DNA of 64,000 nt. Origin: Candidatus Altimarinota bacterium (GTDB lineage: Bacteria > Patescibacteriota > Gracilibacteria > BD1-5 > UBA2023). Below are positions 1-11,331 of this stretch, in pieces. Numbering within the stretch: position 1 is the first letter of the stretch; every line of letters starts with the position of its first letter. A program made the translations under genes and the position numbers. Where the stretch lies: contig JAYTZT010000001.1 of the NCBI GenBank assembly GCA_043741945.1, positions 152,559-216,558 on the forward strand. The letters run 5' to 3'. The notes under the pieces were generated by a model. It made no database searches. It saw nothing but the letters and a program-made list of their open reading frames with translations, and was not told the DNA's origin.

Positions 1-899
1 TATCCCTCTACCGTGAAGTCCTCATATTTGAAACTAAATAGATCTTTCACATCAGGATTGATCTGCATAATCGGGAATGGCCGAGGCGTATGAGTGAGCT
101 GTTCAGTCACCTGATCATAATGATTGTGATAGATATGTACATCACCGAATGTATGGACAAATTCTCAGGGTTGGAGTCATGCAACCTGTGCGATCATCAT
201 CGTGAGGAGTGCATATGATGCGATATTGAACGGTACTCCGAGGAACACATCAGCTGACCGCTGATAGAGCTGACATGACAGCTTACCATCGGCAACATAG
301 AATTGGAATAGTGTATGACACGGTGGTGGTGCTGTGTCCTTGTCTTTGATGAGTTCCTCGATCTCCCCGACATTCCATCCTGAGATGAGATTGCGACGGC
401 TATAGGGATCGTTCATGAGGGTATTGATCACGATCTGCATCTGATCTATCACATTCCCTTTTTTGGTTTCCCAGGCTCGCCACTGCTTCCCATAGACAGG
501 ACCGAGATCACCCCACTCGAGTGCGAACTCGGCATCATTTTTGATACGATCGATGAATACTACGAGCTCTGCATCCCACTCTGAGCTATAGCGAGGAAAC
601 TGAGCATCTTTTCCAGTTTTTTTGAGATACTTAGCGAACGCCCACTCATTCCAGATCTTCACATCGTTCTGCACGAGTGGTCGGATATTGGTCTCTCCAG
701 AGATGAACCACAGGAGCTCATGGATGATCCCACGGATGAATACTTTTTTGGTAGTCAGGAGTGGGAATCCCTCAGAGAGATCAAACCTGATCTGATGACC
801 AAAAATAGAACGAGTTCCTACACCAGTGCGATCCATACGATCCACACCAGTATCCATAATTTTCTGAAGCAAGTCGAGATATTGTTGTTCTGTATGCAT
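1..899 (-). CDS. thyA: thymidylate synthase ThyA (3' end runs off the window start)
   Basis: ORF 177..899 is a canonical ThyA ([27 protein letters not shown]). Reading TGA at 177-179 and 165-167 as Gly continues it as [21 protein letters not shown]..., the conserved C-terminal ThyA block. Confidence 0.95.
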
Positions 900-910
900 A
901 GATATAGGGA

Positions 911-1387
911 TTAGGAATTGCGAATGAGAGAGATGAATCGACCCTGAGAAAAATCAGAGCTCGATACTTCATGGAAATTAGAGCGGAATTCCGATACTCG
1001 GATATCTCACTCATGTTCACCATCCAGGAGTGTGAGCTCTACTCGATCGACGAGTACATGAGCAAAGAATTGATCATAGAGCGAGGCTCATCCGATCAGC
1101 CATACTTGCTCGATTTTTTCTGTTTGCATAGCCGAGATAAAAAGCTCAATACTCGAATAGCACTCCAGTCCATCTATCGGTGTGCGAGTGATGACGATAT
1201 TGCGACGATGAGGCAGTGGACGGAATTTTTCTGGCAGAGACACATAGGTATTGCGACCCATCACTACTATACCGCCAGCGGTGAACTCCTTGAAGCGATT
1301 CATATCTTCGGGAATGTGCCATGGAAGTCCATTTTTGTTACCGATCAGGAGCGTCGGGTCCATAGCAAGTATAGCTGTGATTTGCAT
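911..1387 (-). CDS. folA: dihydrofolate reductase
   Basis: ORF 1088..1429 carries the DHFR core ([35 protein letters not shown]). TGA 1088-1090 read as Gly gives LIGGASLY and runs to TAA 911-913. Start placed at ATG 1385-1387 ([10 protein letters not shown]), 11 nt after the dut stop. Confidence 0.9.
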
Positions 1388-1397
1388 AAGTAGTACT

Positions 1398-1826
1398 TTA
1401 ATTGAGTCCTGTCGTCCCGAATCCACCACGATCAGTTACATTCATCATATCTACCAGTTGGAACTCTGGCTTCTCTATCTTCACGAACATACCTTGTCAG
1501 ATTCTCTCCCCTTTTTTGATCACTACCTCTTCTTTTCGCATATTGATATAGGCGAATTTGACTGTATCAGCATCTCCGCAATAATCCTGATCTATAATAC
1601 CGATACTATTGACCTGCATGAGACCATAGTTCTTGAATGTACCTGATCGAGGAGCAATAACGAGACAGTATCCCTCTGGGGTTGCGATCACCGTCCCAGT
1701 GTCGACGAGTTTCCACTCTCCAGGAGCAAATACGACATCCTCGAGTGCCTCGAAATCGAACGCACAGGCCCCAGGAGTCTTGTACTCGAGAACCTTTCCT
1801 GAACTATTTTTGATCCGAACTTGCAT
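1398..1826 (-). CDS. dut: dUTP pyrophosphatase (dUTPase)
   Basis: ORF 1497..1826 has APRSG and GIIDQDYCGD motifs. TGA 1497-1499 read as Gly extends it to the C-terminal RGGFGTTG motif and TAA 1398-1400. Confidence 0.9.
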
Positions 1827-1894
1827 AGATAACCAAATCTTAAAAAAATACCTTCAGATTATATAAAAATAGGAGGATTTTGCTAGTGAAAAAT

Positions 1895-2230
1895 TTATTT
1901 TTTCTCGATGATTCTCAGAGACCGAGAAATGACAACAAATCCATATGCCCAGAGTACTGGGAGCCAAATAGGCATAATCCCAAAGAGGCTATTACGAATG
2001 AAAACCTCAACACCAGTCGAGATAAAAAAATACTCAAAAATCAGCATAGCAAAAAATCCTATAACCAATATCAGATATTCTCATCTATTATACTGCAAGA
2101 AGAAGCTCGTAAAAATTATCAGGAGATAGATACCGCAGAGAATCCAGTCATCCTGAATCAGAGGGATGAGTCCAATCATCAGAAGTATTGGAAGTGCTTG
2201 AATCAGGATTTTGTAGAATTTTTTGCACAT
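1895..2230 (-). CDS. small integral membrane protein (about 111 aa), function unknown
   Basis: ATG 2228-2230 to TAA 1895-1897 with one internal TGA. The translation (MCKKFYKILIQALPILLMIGLIPL...IMPIWLPVLWAYGFVVISRSL) is strongly hydrophobic. It is on the same strand as the surrounding dcd/dut/folA/thyA string. Confidence 0.5.
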
Positions 2231-2390
2231 TTTTATTCTTTAAAGAAATATATGAATGTAGCTTTTGTCATTCCGTAGCGGAGCATAGGAATCGCTTTTT
2301 CCTGCAATTACGAAAAAGAAATAGTAAAAATCTCATAAGATGATTTTGAAAGAGATCCTTACAGGATGACAAAAAATACCAATACGATTC

Positions 2391-2933
2391 TTATTTTTTG
2401 ATATAACCTACCATATTATTTTCTCCTTCTCCATATCTACCGACTTTTTTGTAGTCTTGCTCTGGAGGAGAAGTCATTTCAGCAAAGAGAAGTTGCGCAA
2501 TATCCATACCTGGACGAAGAATGATAGGTACAGAGTTCATATTGGCGAGCTCGAAAGTGATATTGAGATAGTGACCTGGATTGATGAGTCATGCAGTATT
2601 ATGGACAATGAGGCCGATACGTGCCAGAGATGACTTACCCGAAAGTTGTATAAGATATTTTTCAGAACCGAACTTCTCTATACTCGTACCCAGGACCGTC
2701 ACTCCAGGGCGCAAAATCAATCCTTGTTCAGCTGTGACGATGAGTTCTTCGTACTCTGGCAGAATATGATTGATGGGATCAATATTTATTACAGAATAAT
2801 CTTTTACAACGAGGAATCTATTACCAAGACGGATATCGTAGCTTGCAGGCTGAAGACGACTCACATCAAAATCCGAAATAGAAATAGTACCAGAATCTAT
2901 AGAAAGACGGATATCACGGTCGGAGAGATACAT
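2391..2933 (-). CDS. dcd: dCTP deaminase
   Basis: MYLSDRDIRLSI...SYDIRLG...VHNTA, then TGA 2589-2591 as Gly gives GLINPGHYLNITFELAN..RPGMDIAQLLF. Ends at TAA 2391-2393. Start taken at the internal ATG 2931-2933, which matches the usual dCTP deaminase N-terminus. Confidence 0.9.
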
Positions 2934-3093
2934 ACAATAGAATTTATTTTGCTTAGTATATCTATTTTTTTTGAATTTCAACTCCTCGAAGATAGTATTG
3001 TATAATCTTCTTATAATCCCATCATTCATTTGCCCAATAGGTAGCACCGATTCCTGATATTCCAACACCATGACCAGCTCTCACATGTCATTC

Positions 3094-5217
3094 TCATCCA
3101 GGGTCAACTACTGATTGTAGATATGGTATGTCCATACAGTTTTTGGATCCATTGTTATTACAATATTCGAGTGCAGAGAGTGTACGTCCATCTGAGGACG
3201 AGTGATACCATGGCTTGACGAGTTTATCCGCATAGGTAATCACTTGTGCACGAGTCGCATCAACCATATTTGCTACTATTGGAGATCTCAGCTCATAGGA
3301 ATATCCTAGATATTTCTGGAAAGCATCAGGATCGTCAGAGCCATCATAGAGATTCGTATTGAATTTTCGATTCAGCGGATTCATATACCACATCGCATAT
3401 GATCGAGCTGAGACAACTATAGTTTTTATCTTTTCTGCAAGATCACTATTCGAAACTTCTCCCATTCCTTTGAGATACCACTCAATGGGGAGATCATTTA
3501 TGAGAGTCATATTTCAGTTCTCATTGATGACTCGGATAGTATCACGAAACAGATTATCATTGTACTTACCTGTTTTATCCCAATTAGGGATACGATTCCA
3601 TGAATCAACTCGTACTACACTATGTGAAAGTCGAAATACTGATCCAGTATAACTAATTTCTCATACTTTTAATGTGAGTTGGTTATTTCATACTATTCCT
3701 ATTTCATATTTTTGAGATAATGAAGATAGTATTTTTTTTCCATCCATAGTCAATTTTCCTATTTTACCATCGACAGTTGATAGAATTGCACTTTGAGGAT
3801 CAAGGTAGGAGAGCTTCACTCTGAATTTTGGACCTATATATCGTACAGTTGGTATCGAGATTGGTAGTCGAATAGAGGTTGTTATAGGATTCACACTCGT
3901 CATAGCATTCACACTCGTTACAAACACTGACTTTGGAGGAGCAATGACTTTTAGGGTCATATTCATTATTCGATCGGATAAAGGAGACTCGATAACTCAC
4001 TGTATAGGATTGTATACAGGCATATATGGACGATCGAGACGACTTATCCAGTCTGATATATATTGATGAATATCTGATCCTGGACAATCAGTATGACCTA
4101 TATCCTTGTGCCCTACAAGTGACTTAGTTATTATAGTTTCGAGAATAGTACATCATGCAGTTATACATTTTCTAGCTCATTGTTTGCTATCTGATAGAGT
4201 TATACCGTATTTGCTGGCCATCATCGTGATTGACTTCTCGATTCATGCAATTTGATCACGATTGAGATGATCACGACTATAGTCACCGAGTACAGATATA
4301 CCGACAGTTCCCATATTGTTATAAGCGGCATGCGAAGCAACAACATAGTCTCATCCAGCACGACCCTCATATATGAGTCCTCTCTGGCCTATGAGATAGT
4401 TATACCCTATATCACCCCACTCTCGAGAGAGCGTATGGTATGCATATATACCACGGATCATCTCCGCATCTGTCTTGGTGCTATCCATACTCTGAGCTGT
4501 ATGATGTATGACAATCCTGGAGACCTGCTTTACTTTTTGAACTGGCCAAACAAGTGGATGTCAGTTCTCAGTACGAATCAGTGCAGTTGTCTCAGTAGTA
4601 GGTCAGCCATTCTTCATGAGAAAATCTACCCGTTCATCTTCCATCAGAATCGCATCAAGCTGAACCTGAGTCTTTGGATTACGGACATACCAGAGATATC
4701 CTGGATATTTACTCTTCCAATATGGGCTATCTGAATATCGCATGGTCTCATCTGCTCCCCACTCTGCTCTGGAGATAATACCATCTTCTGCAATTGCGCC
4801 AGGGAATCCAATAGTAAAACGAGATCCAGCTACCCGAGTATCCATAGTGTATACAGTGATATCACTTGGATCTATCAGTGCTCATCCCAAAATACGGAAT
4901 GAGGCAATAGCTGTGGCATCAGCAAGTACTGGGAAAGAGAACAATTCAGAATTAGTTTCTCCATCATGATCGATACATTCTTGTTTTTTTTCTGTAGAAA
5001 AATCCCACTCAACACAGAGTTCCTCATCACCTTCTTTGGAGTTTTTGAGTCCTATATACCATATATTTTTAGCATTTTTGGCAGCAATATGATAAGTACC
5101 ATCAGAAGATAGATAGACAGGAGAACGTTCGACAGTCATATCATATGTAGGCACAGAATGTAGAAAAATCCCAAAAAAAGTCAAAAAAATAACGGAAATG
5201 AAAGAAAAATAACGCAT
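3094..5217 (-). CDS. secreted peptidoglycan hydrolase: N-acetylmuramoyl-L-alanine amidase (Amidase_2/PGRP-like) fused to a SpoIID/LytB domain
   Basis: Four same-frame ORF fragments (4882..5217, 4603..4845, 3688..3966, 3094..3510) join through about a dozen TGA codons with no TAA/TAG. N-terminal signal peptide MRYFSFISVIFLTFFGIFL. Amidase_2 motifs IVIHHTA, WGDIGYNYLIGQRGLIYEGRAGG, GHKDIGHTDCPG. SpoIID motifs LPIEWYLKGMGEV, KPWYHSSSDGRT. Confidence 0.85.
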
Positions 5218-5276
5218 TTTATTTGCTAAATAATGAAATAAACGGTAGAATACATATTAAAGGTTATTTCCAAACT

Positions 5277-6122
5277 ATGGTTTTCACGAGCGAAGTCAAG
5301 GACTTCATCAAAAACACACTCATTCTGACGCTATTCTTCACACTTGTCCTGCATCTCTCATGGTGATATATAGGACCGATTTTCTGATTGAAAACAAGTG
5401 CAGGCCCAAATGATCTCTCATTCCAACAAGCAGATATGACCTATATGGGAAATATAGCTACAGCGATGAGTCTCTCTATAGGACAAAAAGAAAATCAACT
5501 CAAATATGCTGGAGTCGATCTCTCGAGTAGCACCATATCTATTGCTGAAGTCCTCTCTATGCCAACTGCAGGACAACAAAAACTCATCGGCAGTAATATG
5601 CTGGCAGTATCGAGCTATACCAATATATTGTCTATGGATATACCGAATCTACTCGACAGTGCTGCGGAGCGGAGTACAGCTCTCAGCGAGCATATTTCAC
5701 TACTCAAGAGCTACTATAATCGTACACTTGAACGACTCACTATAATCGGTGAGCAGATTGCCGATCTTCGTGGGATAATCAGTCAATCAACTGCTACTAC
5801 CAATGGAGCCAAAACCACCATGCAGAATTCGTATGTGGGATTTGATTATTCTGGAGTTGATACTGTAATCGATACCTATTTAGTGGCCAAAAATATGGAT
5901 AGCCGAGCACGAGTATATCTGATCTATCTCGAAACTTTCCAGAAGAGCTACACAGTTCTCCAGCTACGCAATCTCCAGCTCATCGATGCTCTCGTCAACA
6001 ATCGAGATGCTCTCGTCAAGAGATCGAGTATAGTTATCCCTGCTTCTGGTACAGATATCATCAGAACTCTCAAACTGATACAAACTGAAGCACAAGCAAA
6101 AGCAGAGAAGGCTCTGCAATAA
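5277..6122 (+). CDS. membrane-anchored hypothetical protein (N-terminal TM helix, helical/coiled C-terminal part)
   Basis: ATG 5277 (MVFTSEVKDFIKNTLILTLFFTLVLHLSW) continues through TGA 5364 and 5385 into ORF 5388..6122, ending at TAA 6120-6122. No motif recognised. Confidence 0.65.
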
Positions 6123-6250
6123 TAGAGATTTTTATATAAAAATACTGAAATATTTGCAAAAAAATACAAATTATGGTCTAATGATTCCATAGAGCCCATT
6201 TCTGATTTTTGCATCATTTAGAAATCAAGAATCCAGTATCAATAGTAACT

Positions 6251-8647
6251 ATGTTTAAAGGAATTGTCACATATTCACTTCTCTCTCTCGTCGCTCTCGG
6301 TGGGTTTTTTGGAAATGTGCATATTGAAACAGCGAATCAGAGCTATAGTATAGTGAGTGTATCATATGATGGGAATGGGATATATGCTGCTGGTGGATGT
6401 GCAAATCCTGATGGATTTTGAATCTGCCCTTGAGAACCATGATACAATGCTGACGGAACAGCCTGAAAATCAGGAACAAGCTCAGCGAATCAGCTGAAAT
6501 TGTGGAATAATCTCATAGATACTCTCAATATCATCCTCGGTATCATCACTGCTATAGTCTCGCCAGCTATCATGTTTGCTGGTTGGCTCATGTCACCTGA
6601 CTGGACAAGTGGAGATATATTTGGATTGCGGGCACCTATGTATTCCCTCTGGGTGACAGTATCTAATATTGTATATTTTGTTTATGCGATACTCCTCATC
6701 CTTATAGCACTTGGGACTATGTTTGGTAAAGATTCATTTAGCTACAAAGTGATGCTACCGAAGTTAGCACTCGGTATCTTGATGGTACCATTTACATGGT
6801 GGTTCGTCCAATGGACGATATCTATAGCCAGTGTCGTAACCTCTTCAGTGATCACCATTCCTGCTGAGACGATGCAATCAAAAGAAGGCAGACAATCTTG
6901 GGTAGACACACCCAGCATACCAAAAGATATCACGATAGATGAATCAAGTGGGGATCCAGCCAAAAAAAAGCCAGTAGAAAAATGTACTGCAGCGAATTGT
7001 ATCGCCCCATCTACATTTCTCAGAGACGGATCTGGGATGTATGGCTATATGATGGTATATGCATACTCAGTATTCAAATTCCACGAAGTCACTCAACTTC
7101 CACAATGACTGGATATTCTCAAAACTGGACTCGGTATAATCCATCAAGGGATCATCGCGGCGATCATGTTCGTTGTATTTGGTCTTCTCACTATTGCTCT
7201 CGTGGCCATCCTCCTCGTGAGAGCTATCAAGCTCTGGGTATATGCAATATTCTCTCCACTATTTACCTTCCAATTTGTGGCAGGGTCAGCTATGATGGGA
7301 GGTGACAAAGATACCTTCACCTTAAAGGAATTCATCGGACTCGCATTTGTACCAGCGATAGTAGGTCTCGCACTATCTTTTGGACTCATACTGATAAATG
7401 CGGTTTCGAGTAATGAGATTGGACCGAATCCAAAAAAGTGTGATGCCACAAAATTAAGAGGTGAATGATGTGAGATCATAAGTATCACCGGTAATCCAAA
7501 AAATTCTATTATTCGAAAGATACAATGAACAGGAGCAGAGATGTATACTCAGAACATAGTGAATTTCGGCGGAGTTAGTACTACCTTCAATGGTAAGGCT
7601 GGACCAAGTACTGATGCTGCAGCGGTAGATAATACAAATACTATGACAGGGACTCTAAATTCTGCAGGTGGAATATTCGGTACCCTTATTATCGATATTA
7701 TAGCTCTCGTATTTATATGGATAGCGTTCATGGCAGCCAAGACGGTGAATAAAACGGTATCAATGGCGTTCGAACCATTCGAAAGGATCGGAGGACAGGT
7801 GGCAAATCTCGCCAAGAGTATACCGAAATATACTCCTATTCCTGGTCTCGGTATGAGTATGAGTGGTGTCGATAAAGCAGTCCAAAAACAACAGATGAAT
7901 TTGGAATCAAAGAGCCAAGAGAGAGATGCTAATAGCAGTATAGGTCGATGGGCAGGACTGCAGCCACCTCTAACACCCGCAACACAAGACGCGATCAAGA
8001 AACTTTCAGAAACGACGTTTGCTACCGCATCAAATCTCCAACTCGCACGAGCTCAACTCTCTGCACAATCAAATGAACAAAAACAAACTGGTACTATAGA
8101 TGCTCTCAATAATCTCACAAAAGCATTAGGTGACAACGTAGGAAAAGATAACTTTGCAATAAAAAATCCTACAGAATTTAAGAGAATATTAATGGAAGGA
8201 TTAAAGATAGATTCTGTCAAAGCTGAACAATTGATGATTGAACTAGATAAAAAACATGGAGTATTAGCAAAAGATTATTTCAAAACTGATCTCAAAGGAC
8301 AAGATATACTCAAAGCTATATATGCAGGATGAGCACAAACTGAAGGTACCTGAACTTGATCTACTGGAGGAGCAAGTTCTGGTGTGTGATCGAGAGCATC
8401 CGATACTAGTGTTAATATAAATATTGCAGGTACAAGCTTTACAGTTGAGAATAAGAAGTGAGAAAAAAATGTAGTATTTGGTTCTGATGATTCAACGAGA
8501 CTCAAGGGTAAAAAAGCAGGTATGACAGCAGAAGAATTTAGAAAATCTGTTATGACTAATGGTAATATGATAGATACTGCTGCTGATGATCTGATTACAA
8601 AGATCACAAAAGATCATCCGGACTTCTTTACTAAACCAACTCCTTAA
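6251..8647 (+). CDS. large polytopic membrane protein (about 798 aa, roughly 8-9 TM segments plus a long soluble C-terminal region); TrbL/VirB6-like topology only
   Basis: ORFs 6209..6421, 6500..7108, 7166..7468 and 7541..8332 share one frame and join through TGA codons to TAA 8645-8647. Start taken at ATG 6251 (MFKGIVTYSLLSLVALGGFFG, signal-like). Repeated hydrophobic stretches, e.g. LNIILGIITAIVSPAIMFAGWLM and FIGLAFVPAIVGLALSFGLILINAV. Confidence 0.7.
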
Positions 8648-8666
8648 TAACTTCTATTATAACAAT

Positions 8667-8695
8667 AAACACCCATTCTTGGGTGTTTATTTTAT
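8667..8695. terminator. bidirectional rho-independent terminator between convergent genes
   Basis: AAACACCC-ATTCTT-GGGTGTTT perfect 8-bp stem followed by ATTTTAT. It lies between the TAA at 8645-8647 (+) and the TAA at 8692-8694 (-). Confidence 0.7.
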
Positions 8696-9288
8696 CTCAC
8701 GTGTACTACATCTACGAGTTCTCACTCTCGTGTATATATCGGAGCTCAGCTATCTCCAGGAAGGAGAGCAATATCCGTGAGAACAATTCACGAGAGAGTC
8801 TCGACGTGTCCAATAGTATCATATCCGAGAATCGATCCACTCGGATCCAGTACCTTCCCTTCTACTCTCATAATCGATCCAGATCTATTTACCTCAGTAT
8901 ATATCGGGTCTCATTTTTTGATTCCTATTTGGACCTGTTTCCATTTTCCAGAATTGAGAAATGGTAGGTTAGGACTGGGATTATTTATCTTGCCAAAAGA
9001 TGTTGAAAGATCAGATGTTCTAATTTTCTTGAGTAGAGCTCTATCCCCTACTGTATCTCTCTCTATCACCTTATATTCAACTCATCCCACCTCATATACC
9101 AATCGATCATCGCGTACAACATGAGCACTGGTGAGAATAGAATTCTCTGATATCGGAACTCCCATTCACTTGACGACTACTACACTATTTTGTCTCTCTT
9201 TTCCATCAATCTGAACTCCCTGATATTGCTTATTCATACAGGAGGTCAATACAATACAAATAATGAGGAATATAAATATTTTTGGCAT
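8692..9288 (-). CDS. trypsin-like serine protease lipoprotein (S1 family)
   Basis: ATG 9286-9288 to TAA 8692-8694 (198 aa, six internal TGA). Lipobox FLIICIVLTSC. Catalytic triad contexts LTSAHVV, GDRALLK and LLPGDSGAPIY. Confidence 0.8.
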
Positions 9289-9359
9289 ATGCAGATATAG
9301 TAGAGATAAAATATAAAAAGAAAAGTTGAATTTTATGGATATACTCCTAGGATAGAAAT

Positions 9360-10340
9360 ATGCATAAAAATATCATACACATAACAGGCAATGATAGCTA
9401 CGGTGTAGAGTTAGAGCTCCAGAGATGGCTGGGAGTATTTGACGATAAATTCGGAGATATAAATATAGAACGCTACGATCTCAGTGATACATCGAGCCTA
9501 AATTGAATTTGAGATATTCTCCTGATGAGCGGGCTTTTTGCCTCAAGTCGTCTATTTATTTTTAGATGAGGGAGGGATCGCAAGAGCAAATCCAAATGAT
9601 TAGAAAAAATACTAACCGAAAAGATAGAAGATATACCAGAGAATCATTTTCTCTTATTTTATAACATTGGAGAGAAGGAAGAATGACTCTTGGTTTGGCT
9701 CAAGAAAAATGCCGATATCAGACAAATCAATACTATATGGGATATACAAGCTTGGTGAATGAGATCTGATATCGAACCTAATACATTGACACTTGTATTC
9801 AATACATACAAAAAAGCCGAAAATAGTCGTGATAGAGAAGATACAAATCCCCTCCTTGGTCATCATATTGCTCATACACTAGAGATGATAGCTCTCATGG
9901 AAGCAAGTGGACAAAAAATGGAAAAATCCGATATCATAAGTCTTTGTCATGGTTATAGTTGAGGTACAGTATTTTCCCTTACTGATGCTATCATAGGTGT
10001 GAATATACCCCTCAGTATAGAGATATTACAGAAGATATCATCCATCAACAAAGTCGATGGATGGTTTGGTATCTTTATGGGCACATTAAGAAACCATCTC
10101 TATATAAAATACCTAAGGCATCATAATTGCAGTGAATCTGAAGTAGCCAATTTACTCAAAAAAGATTTATATACTATCAAAAAAGGATATACAAGTCGAA
10201 TATCCTATTCATTACTCAGAAGGCTCTATGAAAAGCTCGTCACCATAAATGTGGCATACAAAAGAGGAAAATGACTTAAAGATAATGAATTATGACGAAT
10301 TTTATGAATAGAGCTAGCCCTACTGGACTTGCAAAAATAA
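9360..10340 (+). CDS. holA: DNA polymerase III delta subunit
   Basis: ATG 9360 joined through TGA codons with same-frame ORFs 9759..9962 and 9999..10274 to TAA 10338-10340. HolA-like pattern (IIHITGNDSYGVELELQRW...LLMSGLFASSRLFIF; C-terminal NVAYKRGKGLKDNELGRILGIELALLDL). Confidence 0.7.
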
Positions 10341-10418
10341 AAAAATCCATAAAATGTTTTGTAATTGGTATTCAAATTCTTGTTTGCCTTTATATTTCTA
10401 CTTTTTTATTACTTTCCT

Positions 10419-11330
10419 ATGCGTATTCTCATAGCCTCTGCTCTTCTCCTCTCACTTGCGAGTTGTACTCTTCCAGGTATGAAAGATAACTCCGATACAG
10501 TAGCTCCTGTGACTCGTACACCTGTTGCCCAGACGACAACAACCTCAACGAGTGCTGTTGCAAGTACTGGATCAGTTGTAACTCTCAATTATACACTACA
10601 TACAGATTCAGCTACTGGACCAATCCAAGAGACGACTCTCCAGTCAGTAGCAGTATCAAGTGGACTATACAAGACAGGTTCTACGTATCAGCCTTTTCAG
10701 GTTGCACTCGGACAAGGTCAGGTAATCCCAGGATTTGAGCAAGGACTCATGGGAGTTAAAAAAGGTGAGAAAAAAATGATCAAAGTTATACCATCAGAGG
10801 GGTACGGTCGTCCAGTAACCGTTCCAAAAGAACAGATTGCACCAGAATTCACACTTACTCGTGAGAAAAAAATGTTCGAAGATGTCCTCACTCAAACTAT
10901 CGAAAAATCTCAGTTCCCTGCAGATATGCAAGCAAAAGTGATGGCCGCAAAAGTAGGAGATACTCTAACTGGAGCCAATAATTCTATAGCAAAAGTTTCA
11001 GAAGTATCAAGTGGATCTATCACTCTCGCTATAGCGAATACTGGTAATCCTTTCTATAAAAAAGCACTCACAATTGGTGCTATGGCAACAAGTTCAGGTG
11101 CAGACTTCAAGATACTCTCAATAAATGGAAACAATGTGACACTTCAGATCACAAACAAAGAGAGTCCATTCTATGGCAAATCATTTGCTGTAGGCGAGTC
11201 TGCAACTCCAAAAAATGGAAGTAAAATTACCATTCAGGAAATCGGTGACAAAACAGTTACAATCCTTGCTGATCACCCTTTTATGGCAAAAGATCTCTAC
11301 TTTGATGTTGAAATCGTAGGAGTTCAATAA
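10419..11330 (+). CDS. FKBP-type peptidyl-prolyl cis-trans isomerase lipoprotein
   Basis: Uninterrupted ORF. Start set at the internal ATG 10419 (MRILIASALLLSLASC lipobox). FKBP core GSVVTLNYTLHTD...FQVALGQGQVIPGFEQGLMGVKKGEKKMIKVIPSEGYG. No TGA codon. Confidence 0.85.
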   Translation: MRILIASALLLSLASCTLPGMKDNSDTVAPVTRTPVAQTTTTSTSAVASTGSVVTLNYTLHTDSATGPIQETTLQSVAVSSGLYKTGSTYQPFQVALGQGQVIPGFEQGLMGVKKGEKKMIKVIPSEGYGRPVTVPKEQIAPEFTLTREKKMFEDVLTQTIEKSQFPADMQAKVMAAKVGDTLTGANNSIAKVSEVSSGSITLAIANTGNPFYKKALTIGAMATSSGADFKILSINGNNVTLQITNKESPFYGKSFAVGESATPKNGSKITIQEIGDKTVTILADHPFMAKDLYFDVEIVGVQ

Positions 11331-11331
11331 T

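Noticed and set aside
1880-2278. Plus-strand ORF of 132 aa (MLVKNLFFLDDSQRPRNDNKS...).
   Set aside because: It is K/N/E/Q-rich and low-complexity, on the opposite strand to the surrounding operon, and antisense to a clean three-helix membrane ORF. This is the typical antisense shadow of hydrophobic codons in AT-rich DNA.
2270-2300. REP-like hairpin GTCATTCC-GTAGCGGAGCAT-AGGAATC followed by GCTTTTT.
   Set aside because: The stem is only about 5 bp and it occurs once in the window. I cannot show it is a repeat family or a functional terminator.
7549-7998. Minus-strand ORF of 149 aa inside the large membrane-protein gene.
   Set aside because: It is antisense to a frame that is continuous over 2.4 kb and has protein-like hydrophobic periodicity. 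Its own sequence is Pro/Ala/Ile-rich with no features.
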